Origin: Octopus vulgaris
Lineage: Eukaryota
Length of the DNA: 64,000 nt
Assembly: GCA_951406725.2 (NCBI GenBank)
Contig: OX597818.1
Span: forward strand, 29,946,001-30,010,000
Direction: 5' to 3'
The number at the start of each line of letters is the position of its first letter. The stretch's first letter is position 1. The position numbers were made by a program, and so were the translations under genes. Below the pieces are notes generated by a model. The model was not told the DNA's origin. It ran no database searches and saw nothing but the letters and a program-made list of their open reading frames with translations. This document shows positions 12,380 through 23,794 of this stretch, one piece after another.

Positions 12380-13348
12380 ATTAGACAAAATGAGATAACA
12401 AAGCCAAGGCTGTGAGGAGTTTTCAGGACATTTATAAGGAAAAGATATAGATATGGTAACAGCTGTTTCTGGGATATTATGGATATCCTTTCATCAGAGA
12501 TGATGTGAGCTGGTTAAGTAGAGATAAATATTTGAGTTCCAAATAAGGAATTATTATGGAAAAGGAGGAGACAGGGAATATAGAGGGAAATAAGAGAATG
12601 AAAGTAGAAATAAAAAATTAAATATATAAAGATATAGTTGCAGTTCCATTATGCAAGGAAAGTGGTGTATAGAAGTGGCAAAAAAGTTCTCTGTACATGG
12701 TATGTAATTCTCCAATAGTAGTTCATGTTTAGTCATTTCAAAGTATGGAGCTGTGGATTCTGTGTTGTTCATTTGAAAGGGTCTTGTGGTGTGAATGAAA
12801 ATTTGAGAATGTGTTAGTAGTATTTGTGGATAGATGGTGGGGAGAGATTTGTATGATTAGAATGAGGAGATAGGTCAAAATGAAAACAGAAAGAGAAAAT
12901 GAGAGAAAAAAAGAAAAAAAAGAGAAAAAGTGAACAGAATGGAAAAAAAAAAGGGACGGTGCGATTATAAATTACATTAGATCTTCTACAATGTATTTAT
13001 AAAGGGCAGATGGACCCAGGATGGCAGTTGCAAGTGGGTGTATTTTGGGGATTATTTTCAGGAATGGAGGAGGTAATACTGTCAAAGGAGAGGTTAGAGA
13101 TGGGTGAAGAAAGGTCTAAGTTACTAGTATTATTATTACTATTATCATTATTATTGCTATCGTTGTTATTAATTGTTATATTTGTGACAGTGGTGGAAGT
13201 TGTGGTAGTATTCTGGATAGTGTTAGTTGAATAGGTTCGGTTATAGTTGTGGTCTAACGTTTGGAGTTCAATGCTGGAGCTCTGTATATGTTGGGCGTTC
13301 CTGAAAATTCCTCACAACCTTGGCTTTGTTATATCATTTTGTCTAATA
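12380..13348. mobile_element. About 970-bp non-coding element with ~48-bp terminal inverted repeats, flanked by (TA)n; probably Penelope-like-derived
   Basis: 12380-12428 attagacaaaatgagataacaaagccaaggctgtgaggagttttcagga is inverted at 13299-13348; degenerate hammerhead on the minus strand at 12455-12502. Confidence 0.65.
12455..12502 (-). ncRNA. Degenerate minimal type I hammerhead ribozyme motif
   Basis: Minus strand reads CTGATGA-aa-GGATAT-ccata-ATATCC-ca-GAAA-CAGCTG-TT; stem II and palindromic stem III present, stem I poor. Confidence 0.5.
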
Positions 13349-13353
13349 CATAT

Positions 13354-13395
<42 letters not shown>

Positions 13396-13440
13396 GTATA
13401 TATATAGCAATAATAATAATAATCGTTGGATTATTATTAT

Positions 13441-13648
13441 TCTTTTATTTGTTTCAGTCATTTGACTGCGGCCATGCTGGAGCACCGCCTTTAGTTGAGC
13501 AAATCGACCCCAGGACTTATTCTTTGTAAGCCTAGTACTTATTCTATCAGTCTCTCTTGCTGAAGCGCTAAGTGACGGGGATGTAAACACACCAGCATCG
13601 GTTGTCAAACATAGACACACAAACATACACACACACACACACATGCGT

Positions 13649-13687
<39 letters not shown>

Positions 13688-13858
13688 CGACGGGCTTCTT
13701 TCAGTTTCCGTCTACCAAATCCACTCCAATCACAAGGCTTTGGTCGGCCCGAGGCAATAGCAGAAGACACTTGCCCAAGGTGCCGTGCAGTGGGACTGAA
13801 CCCAGAATCATGTGATTGGTAAGCAAGCTACTTACCACACAGCTACTCCTGTGCCTAT
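13441..13858 (-). mobile_element. tRNA-derived SINE family B, near full length
   Basis: Reverse complement of the 63508-63920 copy, with an internal (CA)n tract. Confidence 0.85.
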
Positions 13859-13880
13859 AACGTTTTTTTTTAAAAAAAAA

Positions 13881-14052
13881 CATTACAAATAAATAAATTG
13901 ATTAAAAGTTGAAAGCTCAAAGGAAAATTATTATAAAAACAGAAAAAAAAAAGAACCTACATATGTTTCAGTCGTACCCACTAGTTTTTTTCTGTTTTTA
14001 CCTTAATTTTTCTTTGAGCTTTCAACTTCCAATAATTTATTTATTTATAATG
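13881..14052. repeat. Fold-back (inverted) repeat with a hammerhead 3'-half in its loop
   Basis: cattacaaataaataaatt..aagttgaaagctcaaaggaaaatta..aaaaacagaaaaaaa is mirrored at 13983-14052; the loop reads GAAA-CATATG-TA on the minus strand (13969-13958). Confidence 0.7.
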
Positions 14053-14221
14053 ATTTAAGAAAAAAACATCATCTTTTTATAACATGCAAATAAATCAGTA
14101 ATTACATTGATTTGTTCTCCATTTTCTTCTTATTTTTTTTCAATATTGATAATTTCAATAATCCTAAACACATACCAATGATGTTCCCTTTATATCATAT
14201 GGATTAAACTAGTGGAATCCC

Positions 14222-14309
14222 TAATGAGGTTTTAACTTCCTCAAATTAACTATATGTATGTGTGCATGTGTGTGTGTCTGTGTTTGTATGTGTGTGTGTG
14301 TGTTTGTAC

Positions 14310-14348
<39 letters not shown>

Positions 14349-14434
14349 ATGAGGTTTTAACTTCCTCAAATTAACTATATGTATGTGTGCATGTGTGTGT
14401 GTCTGTGTTTGTATGTGTGTGTGTGTGTTTGTAC

Positions 14435-14506
<72 letters not shown>
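14222..14506. repeat. Local tandem duplication (~126-bp unit) with (TG)n/(TA)n
   Basis: taatgaggttttaacttcctcaaattaactatatgtatgtgtgcatgtg occurs at about 14222 and 14347. Confidence 0.8.
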
Positions 14507-14531
<25 letters not shown>

Positions 14532-14752
14532 TATATCATCATCGTTTAACGTCCGTTCTACATGCTAGCATGGGTTGGACGGTTTGACCGGGATCTGGGA
14601 AGCCAGAAGGCTGCACCAGGCTCCAGTCTGATCTGGCAGTGTTTCTACAGCTGGGTACCCTTCCTAACGCCAACCACTCCGTGAGTGTAGTGGGTGCTTT
14701 TTACGTGCCACCGGCATGGAAGCCAGTCAAAGCGGTGCTGATATGTACATAT

Positions 14753-14797
<45 letters not shown>

Positions 14798-14946
14798 AAG
14801 ATTAATCTCAAGATTAATCAGCCGAAATTACTACGATGATCCGGTTCTTGACTGAAGACTGAGGGTTTCGAATGTCCTGTCCGTGTTTATTGTATCGTCT
14901 TCTAAGAGTTATACGTTCTTGTCCATGTTGTATTTTTCTACATACC

Positions 14947-14995
<49 letters not shown>

Positions 14996-14998
<3 letters not shown>

Positions 14999-15170
14999 TA
15001 TGAAAGAATGGAGTTGAACGACTTGTTAACAAATTTCCTTTATTTTCGACATATGTTTCGAAGGCTGCATATTCCTAATTCCCTTCGGAATAAGGAGTAT
15101 GCAGCCTTCGAAACATATGTCGAAAATAAAGGAAATTTGTTAAGTCGTTCAACTCCATTCTTTCATAAAC
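14996..15170. repeat. Near-perfect 175-bp hairpin next to (TA)n
   Basis: gtttatgaaagaatggagttgaacgac...attcc-cttc-ggaat...gtcgttcaactccattctttcataaac; one 3-nt indel and a few mismatches. Confidence 0.92.
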
Positions 15171-15335
15171 TTATATTTTTAAAATAAACATACAAATTTC
15201 CGCACGAAAGCATGTAGTCTATGCCCTAGGGACGTAACTTCAACTGTGTTCTTTCTGATGTGAATTTGCCACCCAGGTACCCAGGTACCGGTTATCTTTC
15301 GAATTATCCTTAATAAGATAATTCATTCAACTACT

Positions 15336-15387
<52 letters not shown>

Positions 15388-16038
15388 CATACATACATAC
15401 ATATATTATCTATCTATCTATATACATAAATGTTATGTGAACAACATTTTGAAAACAAAAGAGTGTAATTTCCCTCCCTACACACATTTTCACTGTGAAA
15501 AACCTCAGAGTAAAAACCTCTCACTATAGTTTGCCTACATTTAGTGTCTCTGACTGTTACTCACACCCACTTCATTTGTTGTTTTAGTTTTCCTCTACCA
15601 CCATGATTGACTGAACACACGTTGCTTTTATATTATGTGAGATAATTCACCTCTGCTTTTGTAAAACAAGTTACTCTAATTTATCTGTTCTTTGTCTATT
15701 CTTTATGCCTGTCTTTCTTTCTCTTCATTTTCCCTTTTACCCCCTTATTGATTTTCTCTTTACTTCTTTCTATCTTTCTCTTCATCTTTTTCCTTTTTTT
15801 ATCTCCATAATTTAGTTGTCTGCTTAGTCTCTTTCTCTTCTCCTTCTCTCTTGTATTTAGGATACATCTTTTCCATCCTCTTGTTTTCTCTATTTACCTC
15901 CAAAAATAAGTCTTCCATCCAACTTAAGACATAGGTATCTGTAACTTGATATAATAAAGTGTTCCCTGAGGATAGTTAAGTATCTGTATGCTTTTGAAAA
16001 GTCTATTCCAGGGCACATAAAATTACACATAAACAATG

Positions 16039-19000
16039 TCATCATCATCATCATCATCATCGTTTAACGTCCGTTTTCCGTGCTAGCACGGGTTGGATGG
16101 TTCGACAGGGGTCTGGGAAGCCAGGAGGCTGCACCAGGCTCCAGTCTGATCTGGCAGTGTTTCTACAGCTGGATGCCCTTCCTAATGCCAAACACTCCGT
16201 GAGTGTAGTGGGTGCTTTTTACGTGCCACCGACACAGGTGCCAGGGGAGGCTGGCAGTGGCCACGATCAGTTGGTGCTTTTACGTGCCACCGGCACAGAA
16301 TCCAATCCAGTCAAGGTGGCACTGGCATCGGCCACGTTCGGATGGTGCCTTTTACGTGCCACCGGCACAGGTATCACAACTGCTATTTCCATTTGATATT
16401 TATTTTGATGTTGATGTACTTGACTCAATAGGTCTCCTCAAACACAGCAGGTCACTCTATGATCCAAGGTAAGCACAGCAGATCGTTCTGCAATCCAAGG
16501 TACTTTGAATGGGCTGGGGCTATGTGAAACTGGTGCAGGAAGCAGCCCAGCTCTTTGCAGTCACAGCATATCTCCAGAGATCTTGGTCCTTCGTCAATGC
16601 CTCTGTGAGGCTCAACGCTCGGAGGTCATGCTTGACTACCTCATCCCATGTCTTCCTGGGTCTACCTCTCCCCATGATACCTTCAACTGTTTGGGAGTGG
16701 CACTTCTTCACACATCTCTCCTCATCCATCCGCAGCACATGACCATACCTATTTCTTTATTACCCACAAGGGGCTAAACACAGAGGGGACAAACAAGGAC
16801 AGACATAGGTATTAAGTCGATTACATCGACCCCAGTGCGTAACTGGTACTTAATCTATCGACCCCGAAAGGATGAAAGGCAAGTCGACTTCGGCGGAATT
16901 TGAACTCACAACGTAATGCAGATGAAATACCGCTAAGCATTTCGCCCGGCGTGCTAACGTTTCTGCCAGCTTGCAGCACATGACCATACCATTGCAAGCG
17001 TCTCTCTTGCACACCACATCTGATGCTTCTTATGTCCAGCATTTCTCTCAGGGTGCTTAAACTCTGTCGTGTGTGCACACTGACATTACATATCCAGCGG
17101 ATCATGCTAGCCTCATTTCTTTCAAGTCTACGCATGTCCTCTGCAGTCACAGCCCATGTTTCACTACCGTGAAGCATGGCAGTTCGTACACATGCATCAT
17201 ACAATCTACCTTTCACTCTGAGCGAGAGACCCTTTGTCACCAGTAGAGGTAGGAGCTTTCTAAACTTTGCCCAGGCTATTGGTATTCTAGTGGTGAAACT
17301 CTCTGAGCATCCACCTCCACTACTAACTTGGTCACCTTGGTAGCGGAAACTACTACTTCTAGTTTCTCCCCCTGGAGTGTGATGAAATCTGTTTTCTGAG
17401 TATCTATGGTGTCTATTGCCCCTGTGCATCTGCTGCACATGAAAGCTATCTTATCAGTTAATTTTCCTTTGATGTTGCTGCACCTCTTATGCATCCATAG
17501 CTTACACTGGGTACATCTTATGGAGTTTCTACCTACACCTTTCCTACAGATCGAGCAGGGCCACCTGCCCGAGGGTGTGTGTGATGAGTTCACCTTTCTG
17601 CTTACTATAACTTTGGTCTTTGCTACATTTACTCTAAGGCCCTTTGATTCTAAACCTTGTTTTCACACCCGAAATTTCTTTTCTAGTTCCGGTAGTGATT
17701 CTGCTATGAGGGCCAAGTCATCAGCATAGAGGAGTTCCCAGGAGCAACCTGTTTTGAATTCCTCTGTTATTGCCTGGAGGACTATGATGAATAAAAGGGG
17801 ACTGAGGGCTGAACCTAGGTGGACCTCTACTTCTACCCGGAATTCTTCACTATACTCATTGCCAATCCTAACCTTGCTGACAGCCTCTCTGTATAGGGCC
17901 TGTACAGCCCTTATTAACCATTCGTCAATCTCCAGTTTCCGTATCGACCACCAGATAAGGGATCGGGGGACCCTGTCAAAGGCTTTCTCCAAATCCACGA
18001 AAGTTATGTAGAGGGGTTTATCTTTAGCTAGGTATTTCTCCTGCAGTTGTCGAACCAGGAATATGGCATCAGTGGTGCTTCTACCCAGCACAAAACCAAA
18101 CTGCATCTCATCTAAGCAAATTCTCTCCCTAATGAGATGGGCTATGACCCTCTCCGTGACCTTCATCACCTGATCAAACAGTTTAATACCCCTGTAGTTA
18201 TTTCTATCTAGAGCATCACCTTTATCCTTGTAGCAGTTGACTATGGTGCTGCTACGCCAGTCATTGGGTATGACTCCATTATGAACTACCTGGTTTACAA
18301 TGTAGGTGACTAGGCCATAGCCCACACAACCAGATGCTTTAAGCATCTCAGCAGTGATTCCTGATAGGCCAGGGGCTTTTCCTGGTTTCATACTCTTAAT
18401 TGCCTTAACTACTAGGGAGCTGTCTATTCGGATAGCTGGTTCCTCTACTGGGTCAACATTTGGCAGGCTCTTCTCCTCCCATTCATTCTCCACATTCAGC
18501 AGTCTCTCATAATGGCTTCTCCAAGCTATAATGAGAAACATTGAAAGCAAGTGCACCATCATCCATGCGGATGCATTTCTCTCCTGTGACATCACTATTT
18601 TCTCTCACACACTGTCTTGCAATCTGAAATACCTCAGTTCTTTGGTCCTCACGTCACTGGACATTGGCAAACTTCTTCTTTTCTGCTTCACCCTTGGCTA
18701 TGTATACCTGCCGCCCAGCCTCCCTTTTGGCTACCTGGTACAGTTCCCTGCTACCCCCATCCCTCCAGGCTTTCCAGGCCTGTTTCTTTGCTCTAATAGC
18801 TTTGTCTACTGTACTATTCTCCCACCACAAAACCCTTGGACTGGAAGGGACTTTGTGCCATCCACAGACTTGGTCTGAGGCACTCAGTAAGCTGTCCCGT
18901 AAGAATTTCCAGCTACCTTCTGTCTGACGTCTGTAGCTCCTCCTCCCTCTCATCAAATTTCTTGATGAGGATGTCCCTAAATCTCTGACCATGTGAAGGT

Positions 19001-19700
19001 TCTTTAGCTTCCAAATCCTTCTTTTCTGGATTGGTCTGCTTCTTGGTATCCTTCTTGCCTCAAGCCTAAAGTCACTAATGACTAACCTATGCTAGGGTGT
19101 ACATTCTTCACCTGGGAGGGTCTTTGTATTTAAGAGCAACTCAGCATCCCACTGTCCAGTGAGGATGAAGTCTATTTGGCTAGCAGAGTACCCTGACTGA
19201 TAGGTTATAAGGTGGCAGTCTGGCTTCCTGAAGTTAGTGTTGCAGATTAAAAGGTTACGTGCATCACAGAATTCCAGTAGTCTTGTTCCCTCATCATTTC
19301 TGGTGCCAATACCATGGCCACCGTGTACCCCAGTGAAGATACCCGATTCCCGCCCAACATGCCCATTAAAGTCTCCAGCCACAAAGATGAGGTCCTTGCC
19401 ACTTGTCTTTGAGGTAGCCTGTTGAAGGGTATCATAAAAGTGGTCCTTCTGATCATTTGGTTGCCCTGCATGTGGGGCATAGGCGGAGATAATCGTAGCT
19501 GTGCCATTCTGTAGGACTAACCTGAGCTTGAGCACTCTATCGCATACCCTGACAACCTCTATGACCTTATCCACCCATATCTCCGCAAAGAGAATGCCTA
19601 CACCCCCTACACCATCCATGTTACCTTGCCAGAAGACTTTATACCTATGTGCCTTGCCTGTGAGGACCCTAGCTGAAGCACCTCTCCATCTTACCTCGTA
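16039..19700 (-). mobile_element. Near-complete RTE-clade LINE ORF2 (APE endonuclease, RT, PHD-like finger, C-terminal domain) with 3' UTR and (GAT)n tail; frameshifted
   Basis: EN 19092-19739 (ISAYAP, AGDFNGHVG, SQIDFIL); RT 17663-18595 (NYRGIKL, DLEKAFDRVP, LLYADDLAL); finger 17276-17593; C-terminus RGRPRKTW 16520-16738; tail (atc)n 16039-16061. Confidence 0.95.
16750..16972 (-). mobile_element. tRNA-derived SINE family A (Nin/Deu-like core gcctttcatcctttcggggtcgata) inserted in the RTE
   Basis: Flanked by an exact 18-bp duplication gcagcacatgaccatacc (16732-16749 and 16973-16990); same family at 28372, 54060, 58813 and 62945-63340. Confidence 0.9.
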
Positions 19701-20478
19701 TGCAGTGCTTGCAGAAGTCAGTTTTGTCACAATGGGCAAGTCTTCTCAAGATCCTCATATTATCAGTTTAATTCAATAATCAGATCATAAATATCTCTAC
19801 AGATTTATCATCCCACAAAATGTGCAAAATGAAGACTTTTCACTTATAAATGCATCTAGCAAGAAACTGAGAAAGTCTCTTGATTTGGAAGCTGAAAAGA
19901 AATAATTAGCAAACATAGAAGCTGGTTGAGACGGAGTAAATGCAGTCATATGTAGTTTGCAGTTTCCCCACTCAATATTTCTTATTCTTAATGGCAAAGA
20001 AAAATATCTTGAAAGCAGTAAAAGTTTCTGTGGCCATGTGGTTAGCCATATATATTAACGAAATAAAATGCAAAAATTCAATAAAAAGATAAAATCTGTT
20101 ACATACAGTAATGCAGTGCATATAAAATAACCAGTAAGAGGGTCAAATACATATAGGTCAAATAATATGTTCATATAAACCTATAACTGGTTAATCAGAA
20201 TAAAACTCAGTCATGTCAAGGAGTACCTACTATATGTGTGTTTGCATGTGTGTGTGTGTTTGCATATGTATGCGTGTGTGTGTTTGTGTATGTATGCGTG
20301 TGTGTGTGTGTGGAAGTGCACATATGTGTGTGAGTGTGCATGTGTAATATAAATGGAAATTATGTGAAATTTTACATATAGTCTGCATAGCAGAGTACAA
20401 CAGTAGGTCAGTATTATGTTAGCATTACAACTACTTCAATTTATGAGAAAGAGTCCCAGGTTTTATTTAATTAACAAT

Positions 20479-21747
20479 TCATTTCATGGCATCAAGAGAC
20501 AATACAGGGACTTTATCATCTAACAACTTTGAATGTTTCTTTGATCTTCGTCTGCTCCATACAATCGTGAATACAATTGCTAAAATACTTGCAGTACCAA
20601 AAATGGATGCAAGGATAACTGTTCTTTTCTTGTGAAGATTGCTTTTCATTTTTTCAAATTTGCTTCTGCTACTCTCAGTAGTGGTATAAACGGTAAAACC
20701 TTTGCTTGGTTTGGTAACTTTATTTCCGACAGATGTTGTCTTAGTTTGTTTGTGTCCATTTGTGTTATGATGAAGTAAAGTTGTTGGTAGTATATTGTTA
20801 GTTGTAGATGCTATAGATGTTTTCTGCGTAGGAGTATTGGTATTAAACATCTTTGTACTGTTCTTTATAATGTCCAATATTGAAACTGTTGAAATATCTT
20901 TACCAGGATGGAAAGTTGTAGATAATTTTGAAATGGTTTTGCTTGAATGATATTCCATTTTTGTACTCATTATTGAGCTTGGGAGGTTTGTACCTTTTGT
21001 TGATGTCCTTGGTGAAAGGGTCCTTTTGATGGTTGGTGTAGTTGTTGTTAGTCCTGGTGCAGTTGTAGCTGTTGATTGTGTGGTTGTTGCTGTTGTTGTT
21101 GGTGTGGTTGTAGTTGTTGGTCTGGTTGTAGTTGTTGGTGTGGTTGTAGTTGTTGGTGGTTGTAGTTGTTGGTCTGGTTGTAGTTGTTGGTCTGGTTGTA
21201 GTTGTTGGTCTGGTTGTAGTTGTTGGTGTGGTTGTAGTTGGTGTGGTTGTTGTTGTTGGTGTTGTTGTAGTTGTTGGTGTGGTTGTAGTTGTTGGTGTGG
21301 TTGTTGTTGTTGGTGTGGTTGTAGTTGTTGGTGTTGTTGTAGTTGTTGGTCTGGTTGTAGTTGTTGGTCTGGTTGTAGTTGTTGGTCTGGTTGTAGTTGT
21401 TGGCCTGGTTGTAGTTGTTGGCCTGGTTGTAGTTGTTGGTCTGGTTGTAGTTGTTGGTGTGGTTGTAGTTGGTGTGGTTGTTGTTGTTGGTGTTGTTGTA
21501 GTTGTTGGTGTGGTTGTAGTTGTTGGTGTGGTTGTTGTTGTTGGTGTGGTTGTAGTTGTTGGTGTTGTTGTAGTTGTTGGTCTGGTTGTAGTTGTTGGTC
21601 TGGTTGTAGTTGTTGGTCTGGTTGTAGTTGTTGGCCTGGTTGTAGTTGTTGGCCTGGTTGTAGTTGTTGGTAGAGTGGTGGTAGTTGGTGCTTGTGTGGT
21701 TGTGGGTGGAACTGGTGGACAAGAATTTTCTGTTTGGGGCCCATTTT
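20479..21747 (-). CDS. MAM-mucin type I membrane protein, exon 5 (end of MAM, Thr/Pro mucin stalk, TM, cytoplasmic tail); 2-nt frameshift at about 21157
   Basis: Acceptor tctttcttttcAG (21749-21748); phase 1 joins exon 4 as G|AA and reads ENGPQTENSCPPVPPTTTQAPTTTTLP(TTTTRP)n; 3' part reads ...TVILASIFGTASILAIVFTIVW-SRRRSKK...DAMK*. Confidence 0.85.
   Translation of the reverse strand, partial: KMGPKQKILVHQFHPQPHKHQLPPLYQQLQPGQQLQPGQQLQPDQQLQPDQQLQPDQQLQQHQQLQPHQQQQPHQQLQPHQQLQQHQQQQPHQLQPHQQLQPDQQLQPGQQLQPGQQLQPDQQLQPDQQLQPDQQLQQHQQLQPHQQQQPHQQLQPHQQLQQHQQQQPHQLQPHQQLQPDQQLQPDQQLQPDQQLQPPTTTTTPTTTTRPTTTTTPTTTATTTQSTATTAPGLTTTTPTIKRTLSPRTSTKGTNLPSSIMSTKMEYHSSKTISKLSTTFHPGKDISTVSILDIIKNSTKMFNTNTPTQKTSIASTTNNILPTTLLHHNTNGHKQTKTTSVGNKVTKPSKGFTVYTTTESSRSKFEKMKSNLHKKRTVILASIFGTASILAIVFTIVWSRRRSKKHSKLLDDKVPVLSLDAMK
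21070..21690 (-). repeat. Coding VNTR: 18-bp units (PTTTTR/PTTTTT) in 231-bp higher-order blocks
   Basis: Unit ccaacaactacaaccaga/aca; diagnostic variants recur 231 bp apart (21404/21635 and 21236/21467). Confidence 0.92.
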
Positions 21748-22559
21748 CTGAAAAGAAAGAATTAAAATTAAATTTAATGGCATGAATGGAAACAGAAATA
21801 ATCTCTATTCCTTACATCATCATATTTGTTATAGTCATAATCTCTTACAATTTTCTCTCTTAGAAGGTGGATTTCACCTGTGGACTCTGAGTAAGATAAG
21901 AGTAACAGTCTCATGCAGTCTGTAATAAAACCTGTAGCAATGATTCAAAACTGAACTGCTAGATAACTGATCAGACACCACGACCAAACCATGATAGTTT
22001 CACACGATTGATCTATTAAGCAGCCAATCAGCATGAAACTCTTACATGATGCATTCTTCTGAAATCTTCTTCCACTATCCTATAAAAAACTGTTTTTGGC
22101 ACCAACACTGTTGGTACAGTGTTGAGAGTAGCTATCTCATTCATACATCTCACCTCTTGCCATGCAGAAAGTTGAGGCAGCTGAGTGATATGTGCTACCA
22201 TTCTTGCCACACCAGACAACCTTTACAGACGACTCAGACAGACAACTCAGGAAGACAGCTAAGACATTTGATGCAGAGAGATGACCAAGAACCTCCATCA
22301 CCACAAAGATTGCACAACTGTTTTCAGGTATGTTGGGCAAGTCAAATGTTGCCATATCAAATGCTTGGTGTAAACTCAGAGTAGTATCTCTTTCCCAGCA
22401 TGTAATTATTGATGTTGTTAATTGTAAAAGGCCAATGTAGTTTGTCTTAATCTGTGAAAATAAATTCTTCAGTTAAAATGTTTGTGGGCGTTGTTTATTT
22501 ACTTCTTCACACAGCCCTAGAAACATATTTTCATTCATTAACTCAATCAGCTACCAATG

Positions 22560-23315
22560 CTGCAAGAGACAACTGTGCTGGTATGGTCATGTGGTGAGAA
22601 TGGATGAGGATAGCTGTGTAAAAAAGTGCCACACCCTAGCGGTTGAGGGAACCTGTGGAAGAGGTAGACACAGGAAGACCTGGGATGAAGTGGTTGGTGA
22701 AGCACGACCATTGAACTTTAGGCCACACCAAGGAAATGACTAGTGACTGAGACTTTTGGAAATATGCTGTGCGTGAGAAGACCCAGCAAGCCAAATGAGA
22801 CCATAATCTCATGGCCTATGCCAGGGGCATAACCAGCCCACTTATGCATACCTTTTCCTTCTTTGGACACAAAAACTCTGCTTGCGAAGACCTATTGAGG
22901 CAAGTGAAATCAAAATCAAAATCAAAATCAAATTTGATGACTGGCGTCCATGCTAGCGGGGTGCAAAGAGCACCATACAAGTATGATTGTTGACAGAGCG
23001 GTTAACTGGCTTCCGTGCCAGTGTCACATAAAAGGCACCATTCGAGTGTGATTGTTACCAGCATCACCTTACTGGCACCTGTGCCAGTGACATGTGTAAA
23101 AGATTTGAGTAAGGTCATTGCCAGTACCGCCTGACTGGCACGTAAAAGCACCCACTACACTCTTGGAGTGGTTGGCGTTAGGAAGGGCATCCAGCTGTAG
23201 AAACTCTGCCAGATCAAGTGTGAAGCCTGGTCCAGCCATCTGGTTCGCCAGCCCTCAGTCAAATCGCCCAACCCATGCTAGCATGGAAAGCGGACGTTAA
23301 ACAATGATGATGATG
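22560..23315 (+). mobile_element. RTE LINE 3' end with 3' UTR and (GAT)n tail
   Basis: QERQLCWYGHVVRMDEDSCVKKCHTLAVEGTCGRGRHRKTWDEV followed by the shared 3' UTR. Confidence 0.88.
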
Positions 23316-23649
23316 TAATATTCTCATGACATCTGATGACATATCCTGCAACCACAAGTTGCAACAAAACCAATGTTATTAAACCAATTGGCAAGCTTAA
23401 CTGAGTGGATTAATGAACTCTGAGACTGAAAACTGAAGTGAATTCCCCAAGCCTATATGAAAGTATTGCACACAAATCTAAGGAATCATTTAACATTACA
23501 TGGAATGGAGACTTGAAGCTACTTTATGGCAACTATTATGTAGTTTGAAGATGGAGATATTTTTGAGTTAAGTGTTTTGGCCAGGAACTCTGTGAAGTGC
23601 TAGTAACAACTGGCTGTCTAGAATACTCACTATTCTGCAATTCATGCTT

Positions 23650-23736
<87 letters not shown>

Positions 23737-23794
23737 CAGGACAATTTTGTTAAAAAAGAAATTATGATAAATAAAGAGCTACATGAAATAATAT

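Noticed and set aside
14795-14950. (TA)n-flanked segment with CTGAAGA and CGAA/GAAA motifs
   Set aside because: Could not be folded into a consistent hammerhead topology; probably a repeat fragment.
21070-21690. Regular short repeats as a possible CRISPR array
   Set aside because: Tandem units with no unique spacers, eukaryotic context, no cas genes.
21158-21783. Gln-rich N-terminal half of the 434-aa ORF, and the Asn-rich 224-aa ORF
   Set aside because: The splice phase from exon 4 selects the Thr frame; the Q-rich ORF starts inside the intron and joins the true C-terminus only through the 2-nt lesion.
21026-21785. Cys/Trp/Gly-rich (215 aa) and Val/Gly-rich (211 aa) plus-strand ORFs resembling keratin-associated or metallothionein-like proteins
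   Set aside because: Antisense shadows of the Thr-codon VNTR; no independent gene context.
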